Shown here piece by piece: positions 1 to 8,242 of a stretch of 64,000 nt of DNA. The position numbers and the translations under genes are program-made. The stretch covers positions 465-64,464 of the forward strand of contig JAZRGS010000075.1 in NCBI GenBank assembly GCA_045644305.1, read 5' to 3'. Numbering within the stretch: the first letter of the stretch is position 1; every line of letters begins with the position of its first letter. The notes beneath the pieces were generated by a model, which had not been told where the DNA came from, made no database searches, and saw nothing but the letters and a program-made list of their open reading frames with translations. The DNA is from Eubacteriales bacterium. GTDB taxonomy: Bacteria > Bacillota > Clostridia > Oscillospirales > CAG-382.

Positions 1-98
1 GACATTTGGCTTTTTATAATGTAAAATAAAAATGTGGTATATAATTATACCGTTATGAGTAATTAAAAGGCGTATCAACGTCGGAAAAGGAGTACAGT

Positions 99-989
99 AT
101 GTTAAGAAAATTGTGTTTCATTTTGATTCTATGCCTGTTACTCAGCACTTTTTCACTGTGCGCAAACGCATATTATCACGACAAAGAGTTAGAAGCGCTT
201 GACGGTTCGGCTTTTGTAAAAGAAGAGCTTTTGATTTACACGACCGAAAAGCTGGATATGACTGCTTTTGAAGGCGACGGTCCGTTCGATTTTTTGGGTA
301 TAAGTATTGTTAAAATAAAAGACTTGTACGCAGGATACGAGGAGGTTCTCAACACTGATAAAGGCTGTTACGTGATCACAGTAGCATCAGGAACCGATAC
401 TGTCGAGGCATATAGTACGCTTTCCGAAGCCGAAGGCGTTGAAAAGGTGATTTTCAATAGCATCGAATACCTTGGTTATGAGGGGCAGCATTATCCCGAA
501 CGCTCACCTTATATCGGAAAAACACCTGAGGAGCTTGAAGAGGATCACGCCTTTGCGCCAAATGAACTTACCGTTTATTTGGATCACGAGCTTGACTTGA
601 CAGAATTCGAAGGCGACGGAAAGCGTTACCTTTACGGCGTATGTGTTGATACGATACGCCAAATCGATCCCGAAGAAGACGGCGTTTACGGTTATCATAT
701 CAAATTCGGCGTGCAGGTTATGGAAAACGCCGACGCGATCTGGGTTTTAATGTGCAACGAAAACGTTATTTCGGTAGATTATACACCGACCTACGGAAAC
801 GGTGATATCAACGAAGACGGAACGGTCGATTCTTACGATTACATCCTCGCAAAGCGTATGCATTTTAAGACCTATCTGCCGTATGATACCGAGCTTGGAT
901 ATGCCGACGTGAACCACGACAGCTACGTGGACGTTTACGACTATATTCTTATAAAACGTATTTATTTCGGTACCTATACTGTCGGTTAA
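99..989 (+). CDS. secreted dockerin-containing protein (two related N-terminal modules plus C-terminal type I dockerin)
   Basis: 296-aa ORF with an AAGGAG RBS. N-terminal signal peptide (MLRKLCFILILCLLLSTFSLCANA). Two modules share a TxFEGDG motif. The C-terminus has two Ca-binding dockerin repeats, GDINEDGTVDSYDYILAKR and ADVNHDSYVDVYDYILIKR (nt ~795-975). Confidence 0.7.
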   Translation: MLRKLCFILILCLLLSTFSLCANAYYHDKELEALDGSAFVKEELLIYTTEKLDMTAFEGDGPFDFLGISIVKIKDLYAGYEEVLNTDKGCYVITVASGTDTVEAYSTLSEAEGVEKVIFNSIEYLGYEGQHYPERSPYIGKTPEELEEDHAFAPNELTVYLDHELDLTEFEGDGKRYLYGVCVDTIRQIDPEEDGVYGYHIKFGVQVMENADAIWVLMCNENVISVDYTPTYGNGDINEDGTVDSYDYILAKRMHFKTYLPYDTELGYADVNHDSYVDVYDYILIKRIYFGTYTVG

Positions 990-1012
990 TAAAGAAGATA
1001 CCAAAAGCAAAG

Positions 1013-1043
1013 CCGCGTGATAAATTCACGCGGTTTTATTTTT
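1013..1043 (+). terminator. rho-independent terminator after the dockerin gene
   Basis: Stem ccgcgtga (1013-1020) / tcacgcgg (1026-1033), loop taaat, followed by ttttattttt. Confidence 0.6.
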
Positions 1044-1045
1044 GC

Positions 1046-1074
1046 TTGATTTTTGATTGCTTTGGTTTTATAAT
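1046..1074 (+). promoter_or_regulatory. candidate sigma-A promoter for ldhA
   Basis: TTGATT (1046-1051), 17-bp spacer, TATAAT (1069-1074), about 30 nt upstream of the ldhA start. Confidence 0.4.
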
Positions 1075-1102
1075 GTTAATAATAGTAATCGGAGGCAATG
1101 AT

Positions 1103-2131
1103 ATGAAATATGCATTTTTTGACACGAAATCCTATGATATTCCTTCTTTTCAAAAATACGGAGACGAAAATAATATAGAATTCAAGTTTTACGAGACCAA
1201 GCTCAATGCCGACACCGCATCACTCGCATCAGGCTGCGACGGTGTTTGCGTTTTCGTGAACGACACGGTCGACGCAGAGGTCATCGACAAGCTCTGCTCG
1301 ATGGGAGTTAAGTCGGTCGCTTTGCGCTGTGCGGGCTATAATAACGTCGACGTCAAGCACGCGTTCGGCAAGCTTCACGTCTTCCACGTGCCCGCATATT
1401 CCCCCTATGCCGTCGCAGAGCACACAATGGCGTTGCTCCTTACCTCGATAAGAAGGATTCACAAGGCATATATCCGCACCAAGGATTTTAATTTTTCGCT
1501 TTCGGGCATGACCGGCTTCGACCTTCACGGCAAAACCGTCGGCGTCATCGGCACGGGCCGCATCGGGCGCGTGTTTATCGATATTTGCAAGGGCTTCGGC
1601 ATGAGGGTTATCGCGTACGACAAGTTCCCGAGCGAGAATTCGGGCATCGATTACGTCGGGCTCGATGCACTTTTTGCAGACAGTGACATTATTTCGCTTC
1701 ATTGTCCGCTTACCGAAGAAACCAAGCATATTATCGACGAAAACGCTATTTCGAAAATGAAAAAGGGCGTCGTGATTTTAAATACCTCGCGCGGAGGACT
1801 TATCGATACCGAGGCTCTGCTTGCGGGCATCAAATCGCGCCGCGTCGGCGCCGCCTGCTTGGACGTTTATGAGGAGGAATCCGACATTTTCTTCGAGGAT
1901 TTTTCGGGTCACATTATGGACGACGACACGCTCGCAAGGCTTATTTCGATGCCCAACGTCATCGTGACCTCACATCAGGCGTTCCTGACCGAGGAGGCAC
2001 TGAACAATATCGCGGAAACGACGGTTCAAAATATTATCGAATTCGGCGAAAAGGGATATTGCGAAAACGAGCTTTGCTACCGTTGCGGAAAGACCGAAAG
2101 CTGTAAAAACGGCAAAAGTCGTTGTTTTTAA
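1103..2131 (+). CDS. ldhA: D-lactate dehydrogenase / D-isomer-specific 2-hydroxyacid dehydrogenase
   Basis: ORF 1046-2131. The likely start is ATG 1103 (MKYAFFDTKSYD), preceded by GGAGG at 1091-1095. Contains a Rossmann GxGxxG motif (GVIGTGRIGR) and the family pattern LHCPLT...LNTSRG...DVYEEE. Confidence 0.8.
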   Translation: MKYAFFDTKSYDIPSFQKYGDENNIEFKFYETKLNADTASLASGCDGVCVFVNDTVDAEVIDKLCSMGVKSVALRCAGYNNVDVKHAFGKLHVFHVPAYSPYAVAEHTMALLLTSIRRIHKAYIRTKDFNFSLSGMTGFDLHGKTVGVIGTGRIGRVFIDICKGFGMRVIAYDKFPSENSGIDYVGLDALFADSDIISLHCPLTEETKHIIDENAISKMKKGVVILNTSRGGLIDTEALLAGIKSRRVGAACLDVYEEESDIFFEDFSGHIMDDDTLARLISMPNVIVTSHQAFLTEEALNNIAETTVQNIIEFGEKGYCENELCYRCGKTESCKNGKSRCF

Positions 2132-2149
2132 ATAGCAACACTTCAACAA

Positions 2150-2375
2150 GGCTGCGATGCCTCTCGCAGAGAGAGCAACAAGTCTGTTGAACCCGATAGG
2201 ACTCTACAAGTTTGTGAAGGGTCTCGCGGGGAGAAGATAACAAGTCTGTTGAACCCAATAGGACTCTACAAGTTTGTGAAGGGTCTCGCGGGGAGAGCAA
2301 CAAGTCTGTTGAACCCGATAGGACTCTACAAGTTTGTGAAGGGTCTCGCGGGGAGAAGATAACAAGTCCGTTGCA
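2150..2375. repeat. intergenic tandem repeat, three full copies plus partial flanks of a 60-62-bp unit
   Basis: The unit caacaagtctgttgaacccgataggactctacaagtttgtgaagggtctcgcggggaga recurs with 'caag' at 2179, 2241, 2301 and 2363 (periods 62/60/62). Each unit contains the small palindromes CAACAagtcTGTTG and TCTCgcggggAGA. Confidence 0.85.
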
Positions 2376-2477
2376 TCGCACATCGCGAAACCAAAACTTT
2401 TACAAAATCATAATATTTCCAGAATCATTTCAAAATAAACAAGGGTTACACTCGTGGCACAGAAAGGAGGAGTGTTT

Positions 2478-3464
2478 ATGAAAAATAAAACGCTCGCATT
2501 GATGACGGCGATTATCATTTCTTCCGCCGTACTCATTCTCACGGTTTCGCTTTCTTTGCTTAACAGCTCTGCGGTCGAAGGCGGCATATTTTCTTCGATG
2601 ATCGAATCGATAACCGATTCCGAAGCAGATGAAACCAACGAAACTCAGCCTGCAGAACCCGACGAAGGTCCCTTCACCGATGAGGATATCTTCGTAAGCG
2701 AGGGCGAGGGTGACGACACCGTTATCGAAGATGAAACCCTCGATCAGCCTATCGTTAACGAGCCCGCGATCGAAGACGAGCCCGTAATTGAAGACGCGCC
2801 CGCGATCGAAGAGGATAACGCGCCTTTCGTTCCCGAAATCGGCCCGCTCGGTAACCCCGTGTTCCCCGCAACCGAGGAATGGGACGGCTCTGAATTGGTC
2901 GAAGGACACAGCGCGCCCTGCTATATCGACGACGTTGTTATCGCAATTTACGAGCACGCAACCGGTAAGCTTGTCGGTCAGGTAACCATTCGCGACGACG
3001 AAGCTTGGAGAACCGTAAATCAGCTCCATCTCGACATTTACGAAAAGGGCAACCGTATTTACGACCCCGCCGATCCCGACGCGGTTCCTATTTCTATCCC
3101 CAACGGCAAATACCGCATTGAGGTTTACGGCATTTGGTGGGCAGACGACGGCGGCTGCGGCAGCCTCTTCTTCGCTTACACCTACGGCGATAACGAAATG
3201 ATCGAAATGTGGAAGCACGGCATCCTTTACTCGGGCGCACAGGACTTCATCGCATACACCGATTCTCTCATCGCCGATGAAATCGCTGCTATCGAGGCAG
3301 GCACCAACAAGGTTCCCGCTCCCGAAGAAGCAATCACCTATATCTGCGGATTTGGTGCTGATATGCCTACGCTTCACTCGTTCAGATGGACCGGCGATTA
3401 CCACGCAACCTTTGAATCTTCCCGTGGCACCCCCAGATTCCCCTATCTCGAAATCGAAGAGTAA
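2478..3464 (+). CDS. hypothetical membrane-anchored/secreted protein with an acidic low-complexity linker
   Basis: ORF 2454-3464. The likely start is ATG 2478 (MKNKTLALMTAIIISSAVLIL), after AGGAGG at 2466-2471. It has an N-terminal hydrophobic anchor, a D/E/P-rich stretch, then a ~230-aa C-terminal region with no domain I recognise. Confidence 0.55.
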   Translation: MKNKTLALMTAIIISSAVLILTVSLSLLNSSAVEGGIFSSMIESITDSEADETNETQPAEPDEGPFTDEDIFVSEGEGDDTVIEDETLDQPIVNEPAIEDEPVIEDAPAIEEDNAPFVPEIGPLGNPVFPATEEWDGSELVEGHSAPCYIDDVVIAIYEHATGKLVGQVTIRDDEAWRTVNQLHLDIYEKGNRIYDPADPDAVPISIPNGKYRIEVYGIWWADDGGCGSLFFAYTYGDNEMIEMWKHGILYSGAQDFIAYTDSLIADEIAAIEAGTNKVPAPEEAITYICGFGADMPTLHSFRWTGDYHATFESSRGTPRFPYLEIEE

Positions 3465-3489
3465 CGCTTCACACTCCTTGCTAAACCGT

Positions 3490-3520
3490 AAAACCGCTTT
3501 ACGCGGTTTTGCGGTTTTTC
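3490..3520 (+). terminator. rho-independent terminator
   Basis: Stem aaaaccgc (3490-3497) / gcggtttt (3503-3510), followed by gcggtttttc. Confidence 0.5.
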
Positions 3521-3572
3521 TTTGCAAAAATGCGAGAGGAAAAGATTTCCGAAAATTTTTTTCGAAAATAAG

Positions 3573-3621
3573 TTGACAAATGTAGTCTTTTGTGTTACAG
3601 TAAAGACGACACGTGTAGTCA
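3573..3621 (+). promoter_or_regulatory. promoter with candidate BlaI/MecI-type operator
   Basis: TTGACA (3573-3578), 17-bp spacer, TACAGT (3596-3601). A TGTA-N11-TACA dyad (3581-3599) overlaps the spacer and -10. The heptamer TGTAGTC is repeated at 3581 and 3614. Confidence 0.45.
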
Positions 3622-3643
3622 AAAATCATCGAGAGGTGTATTT

Positions 3644-4039
3644 ATGAAAGAATTGATAGGCTTATCAAACGGCGAATGGAAGCTGATGAAGCTTTTGTGG
3701 AACCACGAAACCATGACGGTCGGCCAGATGGTGGACGCACTTGCGGGCGATACCGATTGGAACAAAAACACGGTTTTCACAATGCTCAAGCGACTTGAGG
3801 AAAAGCAGGCGATCGCTATGGTAACCACTCGCAGACCCCAGCAATATGCCGCGATCATAACGCGCGAGGAAGCGGCGAAGGATGAAACCGATTCCTTTCT
3901 TTCGCGCGTATACGACGGCAATCTAAAAATGTTCGTCTCGGCCTTGTCGGGCAACTGTAACCTTTCACAAGAGGAAATTAACGAAATCCGCGATATTTTG
4001 AACCAAGCGGAAAGCAGGCTTACAAAAACGGAGGACTAA
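3644..4039 (+). CDS. BlaI/MecI/CopY-family transcriptional repressor
   Basis: ORF 3590-4039, with likely start ATG 3644 (MKELIGLSNGEWKLMKLLW). Shows the winged-helix pattern typical of the family (TVGQMVDAL...WNKNTVFTMLKRLEEK). Lies immediately upstream of an M56 sensor-protease gene. Confidence 0.8.
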   Translation: MKELIGLSNGEWKLMKLLWNHETMTVGQMVDALAGDTDWNKNTVFTMLKRLEEKQAIAMVTTRRPQQYAAIITREEAAKDETDSFLSRVYDGNLKMFVSALSGNCNLSQEEINEIRDILNQAESRLTKTED

Positions 4040-4041
4040 TT

Positions 4042-5697
4042 ATGCTTTCGCATATTATTGCCTCTTCTCTCCTTATCTGTGCAATCCTGTTAATACGCTT
4101 GTTTTTCAGAGGACGCATCCCCAACCGTATGATTTACGCGCTTTGGATAGTCGTTTTCATACGGCTCGCCGTTCCGGGATTTGCTTTTCAAATCACGCTT
4201 CCCGAAACGGCGGCGCGTCCCGAAGTGAACGAAAAATTTTCGGACGAGGTGTTTTTCGACCACGAATTTCACCGTCCGCAATATTTGCCGAACGCTTCGA
4301 CCGAGCAAAGCGAAAATACCGAAGCAACCGCTTCGCAAGTCCCCGCCCTGCCGTCACCGACGCAATCAAAGGGCTTTTCGATTACCGCGATGCAGGTTTA
4401 TCTTGCAGGTGCGGGTGTTGTGCTTGCTTGGATTTTCGTTACAGAGCTTGCGATATGGAGAAGGCTTAAAAAGACACGGCGCTTTTTCGAAAATCGAAAC
4501 GGCATCAACGTCTATATCTCCGACGAGTCGCCGTCTCCTTGCGTTTTCGGCATTATACCGTCGGTTTACGTTGATTCCTCAAGCGTAGACTCCTGCGACT
4601 TGGAGCTCATTTTGATGCACGAATTCGCGCACATCCGCCAATCCGACCATATCCGCACACTCGCGAGAGCGCTGATTCTTGCAGTTCATTGGTACAACCC
4701 GTTGGTGTGGGTATATTTCCGCGCCGCATCAAGGGATGCCGAGCTTGCGTGTGACGAGGTAGTAACGAAGGGTTTAGACGAGCATCTTCGGCTGAAATAT
4801 GCCCAAATCATCTTTAATTACGCACCGCGTGCGAAAAACGGCGCGGTGGGATTTGGAGGCAAACCTATGAAAAAAAGAATACTCGCTATCACCAACAACA
4901 AAAAAGTGAAAACAGTATCTTTGGTTCTCGCAATCATAATGTCTTTGACCGTCTGCGTTTTGGCATTTACAGGATGTGTAAGCGGTAGCGCGAAGAGCTC
5001 GGATGAAGACGTTTTATCCGAAGACAATGTTTCCGAAAATAACAACTCCGAAAGCTTCGGCTACGAAAGTCCCGAAATCGTGTATTCCGATGGAGGCGAA
5101 CCTATTTTGCCAACTTTGGAAGCGCGTGTTAACGAAAAATACATTCGTTCGTGCGACGGTGGTATGGATTACACCTATGAAGAGCTGGTCAAAATGTCCG
5201 AGGATGAAATATCTCGTATGATGCTTGGTCCCACAACACGTTACGGCTTTTTCTTCGATTATCCCGTTTTAAAATCCAACAACAAGGTTGAATTTGTCGA
5301 CGCAAATGGCAAAAAAACAGTCGTTTGCGACCTTAGCGAAGATCTTTTCACTTATGAATGGCTTGTTTCCGAGGTTCGTAAATACTTTTCGGAAGATATC
5401 GCAGTCGAACTTTTTTCCAAAGGCATTTACTTCGAATGCGGGGAAAAGCTATTTATGGTCGATGCGATAGAATTCGGTCGACAGAACTGCGGCACCAAAT
5501 ACGAAATTGTTTCGTCTGCTGAAACTCAAATTGTTTATAAAGCCACTACGAAATATCTTATAAACGATGAGGACTATGAAAAATATGTGATGAACAGCAG
5601 TCTTGTTTTCCCTGAGGAAAGCTATTCCTATAAATATTCGGAATATGTGCTTTCCTTAATCGACGGCAAATGGGTATTTACTCAATTTGAAGCTTAA
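4042..5697 (+). CDS. BlaR1/MecR1-like M56 family membrane metalloprotease with a non-canonical extracellular C-terminal domain
   Basis: 551 aa, with N-terminal TM helices and an HExxH motif (MHEFAHIRQSDH). A further TM helix (VSLVLAIIMSLTVCVLAF) is followed by a ~240-aa domain lacking any SxxK penicillin-binding signature. There is a 2-nt gap after the repressor gene. Confidence 0.75.
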   Translation: MLSHIIASSLLICAILLIRLFFRGRIPNRMIYALWIVVFIRLAVPGFAFQITLPETAARPEVNEKFSDEVFFDHEFHRPQYLPNASTEQSENTEATASQVPALPSPTQSKGFSITAMQVYLAGAGVVLAWIFVTELAIWRRLKKTRRFFENRNGINVYISDESPSPCVFGIIPSVYVDSSSVDSCDLELILMHEFAHIRQSDHIRTLARALILAVHWYNPLVWVYFRAASRDAELACDEVVTKGLDEHLRLKYAQIIFNYAPRAKNGAVGFGGKPMKKRILAITNNKKVKTVSLVLAIIMSLTVCVLAFTGCVSGSAKSSDEDVLSEDNVSENNNSESFGYESPEIVYSDGGEPILPTLEARVNEKYIRSCDGGMDYTYEELVKMSEDEISRMMLGPTTRYGFFFDYPVLKSNNKVEFVDANGKKTVVCDLSEDLFTYEWLVSEVRKYFSEDIAVELFSKGIYFECGEKLFMVDAIEFGRQNCGTKYEIVSSAETQIVYKATTKYLINDEDYEKYVMNSSLVFPEESYSYKYSEYVLSLIDGKWVFTQFEA

Positions 5698-5700
5698 AAC

Positions 5701-5729
5701 AAAAAGCATCGCTAACGCGATGCTTTTTT
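5701..5729. terminator. bidirectional terminator between convergent genes
   Basis: Stem gcatcgc (5706-5712) / gcgatgc (5717-5723), flanked by an A5 run and a T6 run. Confidence 0.6.
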
Positions 5730-5730
5730 C

Positions 5731-6783
5731 TTATTTCGCTTCTATAATACCGCCGCCAAGTAAGGTTTCGCCGTCGTAAAAGACCGCCGACTGACCGGGG
5801 GTGACTGCGCGGACGGGAGATTCGGTTTCGACAAGAAGCCTTCCCTCGCCTATCGGGGTCAGAACAGAATCGACAAACGGTGCGCGGTAACGGATTCTCG
5901 TTTGGCATTTTATGCTCGAGCTCGGGAAATCGAGCGCCGAAAACGAGGCGTTTCTCACGCAAAAGCTTGTTGTAAATAAATCGGAATTGCTTCCCAAAAT
6001 CACCTGATTTTTCTTCATATCGCGGCCTATTACGTAAAGCGGCTCCTTGTACGCGATACCCAAGCCCTTTCGCTGACCGATGGTGTAGCAGCGCTGACCC
6101 AAATGCTTTCCGAGAAGGGTTCCGTCCTTAAGCACGAAGTCACCGACCTTGTCGGTTTTTCCGACGATTCTTTCCAAAAACGCGCGGTAATCGCCGTCGG
6201 GAATGAAGCAAATATCCTGACTGTCGCCCTTGTTCGCAACCGCAAGTCCGAAAGCCTGCGCCTGCTCGCGAACCTCTTTTTTCGTCATCTCGCCGAGCGG
6301 AGCAATAAAGCGCGAAACCTGCTCGCTTTTAAGGCTCCAAAGCATATAGCTTTGATCCTTGTCGGGGTCGGCGGCGCGGGTAATAACGCGACGGTCGCCG
6401 CATTGCTTGACCCTTACGTAATGCCCCGTTGCGTATTCGTCGGCGCCGTGCGAAAATGCATAATCGGCAAGCGCGCCGAATTTTAAAAATCGATTACAAA
6501 CGATGCAGGGGTTAGGTGTTTCGCCGTTCGCGTATGCATCGACGAAGTCGGCAACGACACGCTTTGAAAATTCATCACGCAGATCGACCGCGTGGTGGGG
6601 TACTCCCATCGATTGGCAGAGCGATTTAGCCGATTCGAGCTCACCGCCCGAAAAATCGGGGACAAGCTCACGTCCGAAGGGAATCATGGTCACGCCCTCG
6701 ACGGAATAGCCCTTTTCCTTCAAAAGCAAAAGCGAGGTCGCGCTGTCGACGCCGCCGCTCACCGCGACAAAGCATTTTTTCAT
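5731..6783 (-). CDS. mnmA: tRNA 2-thiouridine(34) synthase
   Basis: 350 aa. N-terminal PP-loop motif VAVSGGVDS, and family-typical CN.FLKF and DQSYML segments. Confidence 0.9.
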   Translation of the reverse strand: MKKCFVAVSGGVDSATSLLLLKEKGYSVEGVTMIPFGRELVPDFSGGELESAKSLCQSMGVPHHAVDLRDEFSKRVVADFVDAYANGETPNPCIVCNRFLKFGALADYAFSHGADEYATGHYVRVKQCGDRRVITRAADPDKDQSYMLWSLKSEQVSRFIAPLGEMTKKEVREQAQAFGLAVANKGDSQDICFIPDGDYRAFLERIVGKTDKVGDFVLKDGTLLGKHLGQRCYTIGQRKGLGIAYKEPLYVIGRDMKKNQVILGSNSDLFTTSFCVRNASFSALDFPSSSIKCQTRIRYRAPFVDSVLTPIGEGRLLVETESPVRAVTPGQSAVFYDGETLLGGGIIEAK

Positions 6784-6910
6784 CCTATCCCCTCCGTACA
6801 GTTTTTTATTATTCTATCACAGAGAACGCGCTCTTTCAACTGTTTTTATCATATTCCTCGACAGTAACGTGTATAAATATAAGGAAACAACGAACAAGGA
6901 TGGTTTTGTT

Positions 6911-8179
6911 ATGAAAAAACTGTTAATGCTGTTTTTTGCGCTTGCGCTCTGCTTCACCCTTGCATCCTGCACGAACGGCAACGAGGAGACAAACGAGCCT
7001 CTGCCGCCCGCGTTATCGCTTTTGCAGAAGCAAACGACGCTCGCAAAGCACAGCGAAAGGGGCAAAAGCGCGAGCTTTTCCAAGCAGGATTTTGAAAACG
7101 CGTTAGGAGAAGAGGTCGATTCGGTCACCGTTACTTCGCTGCCCGATGCCGAATTGGGCACGCTTATCTATAACGGAAGCTCGATCGCTTCGGGGCAGAC
7201 TATTCACGCAAGCTCGCTCGAATATCTGAAATTCGTACCGACCGCCGAATGTAAAACTGCGCTCTTCAGCTTCACCTGCGAAAGCAAGAGCTTTGAAAAC
7301 GTCGAGCTTTCCTGTGAAATCGTCTATACCGACACGGTAAATTCTCCGCCCGTCGCAGCCGATTGCGAAATCGAAACCTTCGAAAGCATCCCCTGCGCGG
7401 CAATTCTCGACATCAACGAGCCCAACGGCGATGATTTCGTTATAAACGTCATCACCTACCCGACCGACGGATTCGTCAGCATATCGCGGGACGGATACGT
7501 CGTTTACACGCCCGAGGAGGGATTTTCGGGAAGCGATCGGCTGGTTTACACCATCACCGACAAATTCGGCGCCGTTTCGGAAAGCGCAACCCTCTCAATA
7601 ACCGTCGGTAAAAACGAAAACGGACTGAAATTTGCCGATATGAGCGACGATCCCATGCAGCTTTACGCATATAAAATGTGCGAGAGCGACGTTATGGTTT
7701 ACCGATTCGAAAACGGCGAATACTTTTTCGACCCCGAGGTGACGGTTTCTAAAATCGACTTTTTGGTCATGCTAATGAACCTTTCGGGCGAGGATCGCGG
7801 TATTTTGGCGGTTGCCGACAGCGTCGTTTCCGACGACAAGGGGCTTTCCTCGGGCTTGAAGGGATATCTCTCCGCGGCGGCGGAAAAGGACCTGATAAAG
7901 CTTGAAAACGGTGCATTTTCGCCCAAGGAGCCCTGCACGGTTGCCGACGCCGCTTATATGATTTCCTCGCTTTTGAAATTCCCGAGGCTCGACAGCGAAA
8001 GCATTCAATCGGGCGAGAGCGACCGAAGCTTCGCATCGCTCATCGCGGCAAGCGACGCGGGCATTTTCGACACCGTAGACCCCGAGCATCAGCTCACCAA
8101 GGCGGAAACCGCCGATATTTTATGCAGGGTTTACAGATATATGCAGGAAAACAATATGATCGGCGCGATTGACAACTAA
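6911..8179 (+). CDS. lipoprotein with Ig/cadherin-like module and three degenerate SLH-like repeats
   Basis: ORF 6869-8179, with likely start ATG 6911 (MKKLLMLFFALALCFTLASC, a lipobox). The central segment NGDDFVINVITYPTDGFVSISRDGYVVYTPEEGFSGSDRLVYTITD resembles bacterial cadherin/Ig-like repeats. The C-terminal FADM...GEYFFDPEVTVSKIDF pattern resembles SLH repeats. Confidence 0.55.
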   Translation: MKKLLMLFFALALCFTLASCTNGNEETNEPLPPALSLLQKQTTLAKHSERGKSASFSKQDFENALGEEVDSVTVTSLPDAELGTLIYNGSSIASGQTIHASSLEYLKFVPTAECKTALFSFTCESKSFENVELSCEIVYTDTVNSPPVAADCEIETFESIPCAAILDINEPNGDDFVINVITYPTDGFVSISRDGYVVYTPEEGFSGSDRLVYTITDKFGAVSESATLSITVGKNENGLKFADMSDDPMQLYAYKMCESDVMVYRFENGEYFFDPEVTVSKIDFLVMLMNLSGEDRGILAVADSVVSDDKGLSSGLKGYLSAAAEKDLIKLENGAFSPKEPCTVADAAYMISSLLKFPRLDSESIQSGESDRSFASLIAASDAGIFDTVDPEHQLTKAETADILCRVYRYMQENNMIGAIDN

Positions 8180-8199
8180 GGAAATAAGTGATATAATTT

Positions 8200-8231
8200 G
8201 CTCGGGAAGCTAACTTTCCGAGCATTTTTTT
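8200..8231 (+). terminator. rho-independent terminator
   Basis: Stem gctcgggaa / tttccgagc (one G-U pair), loop gctaac, then a T7 run (8225-8231). Confidence 0.5.
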
Positions 8232-8242
8232 GAGGTTTATTT

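Noticed and set aside
2034-2381. 115-aa minus-strand ORF with a repeated SPRDPSQTCRVL peptide, and the possibility of a CRISPR array
   Set aside because: The ORF simply reads through the 60-62-bp tandem repeat. The repeats are contiguous with no unique spacers, and no cas genes are present, so it is neither a gene nor a CRISPR array.
4042-5697. Beta-lactam resistance sensor (BlaR1/MecR1 proper)
   Set aside because: The extracellular domain lacks the SxxK, SxN and KTG motifs, and no beta-lactamase or PBP2a gene is adjacent. It is called only as an M56-family signal transducer.
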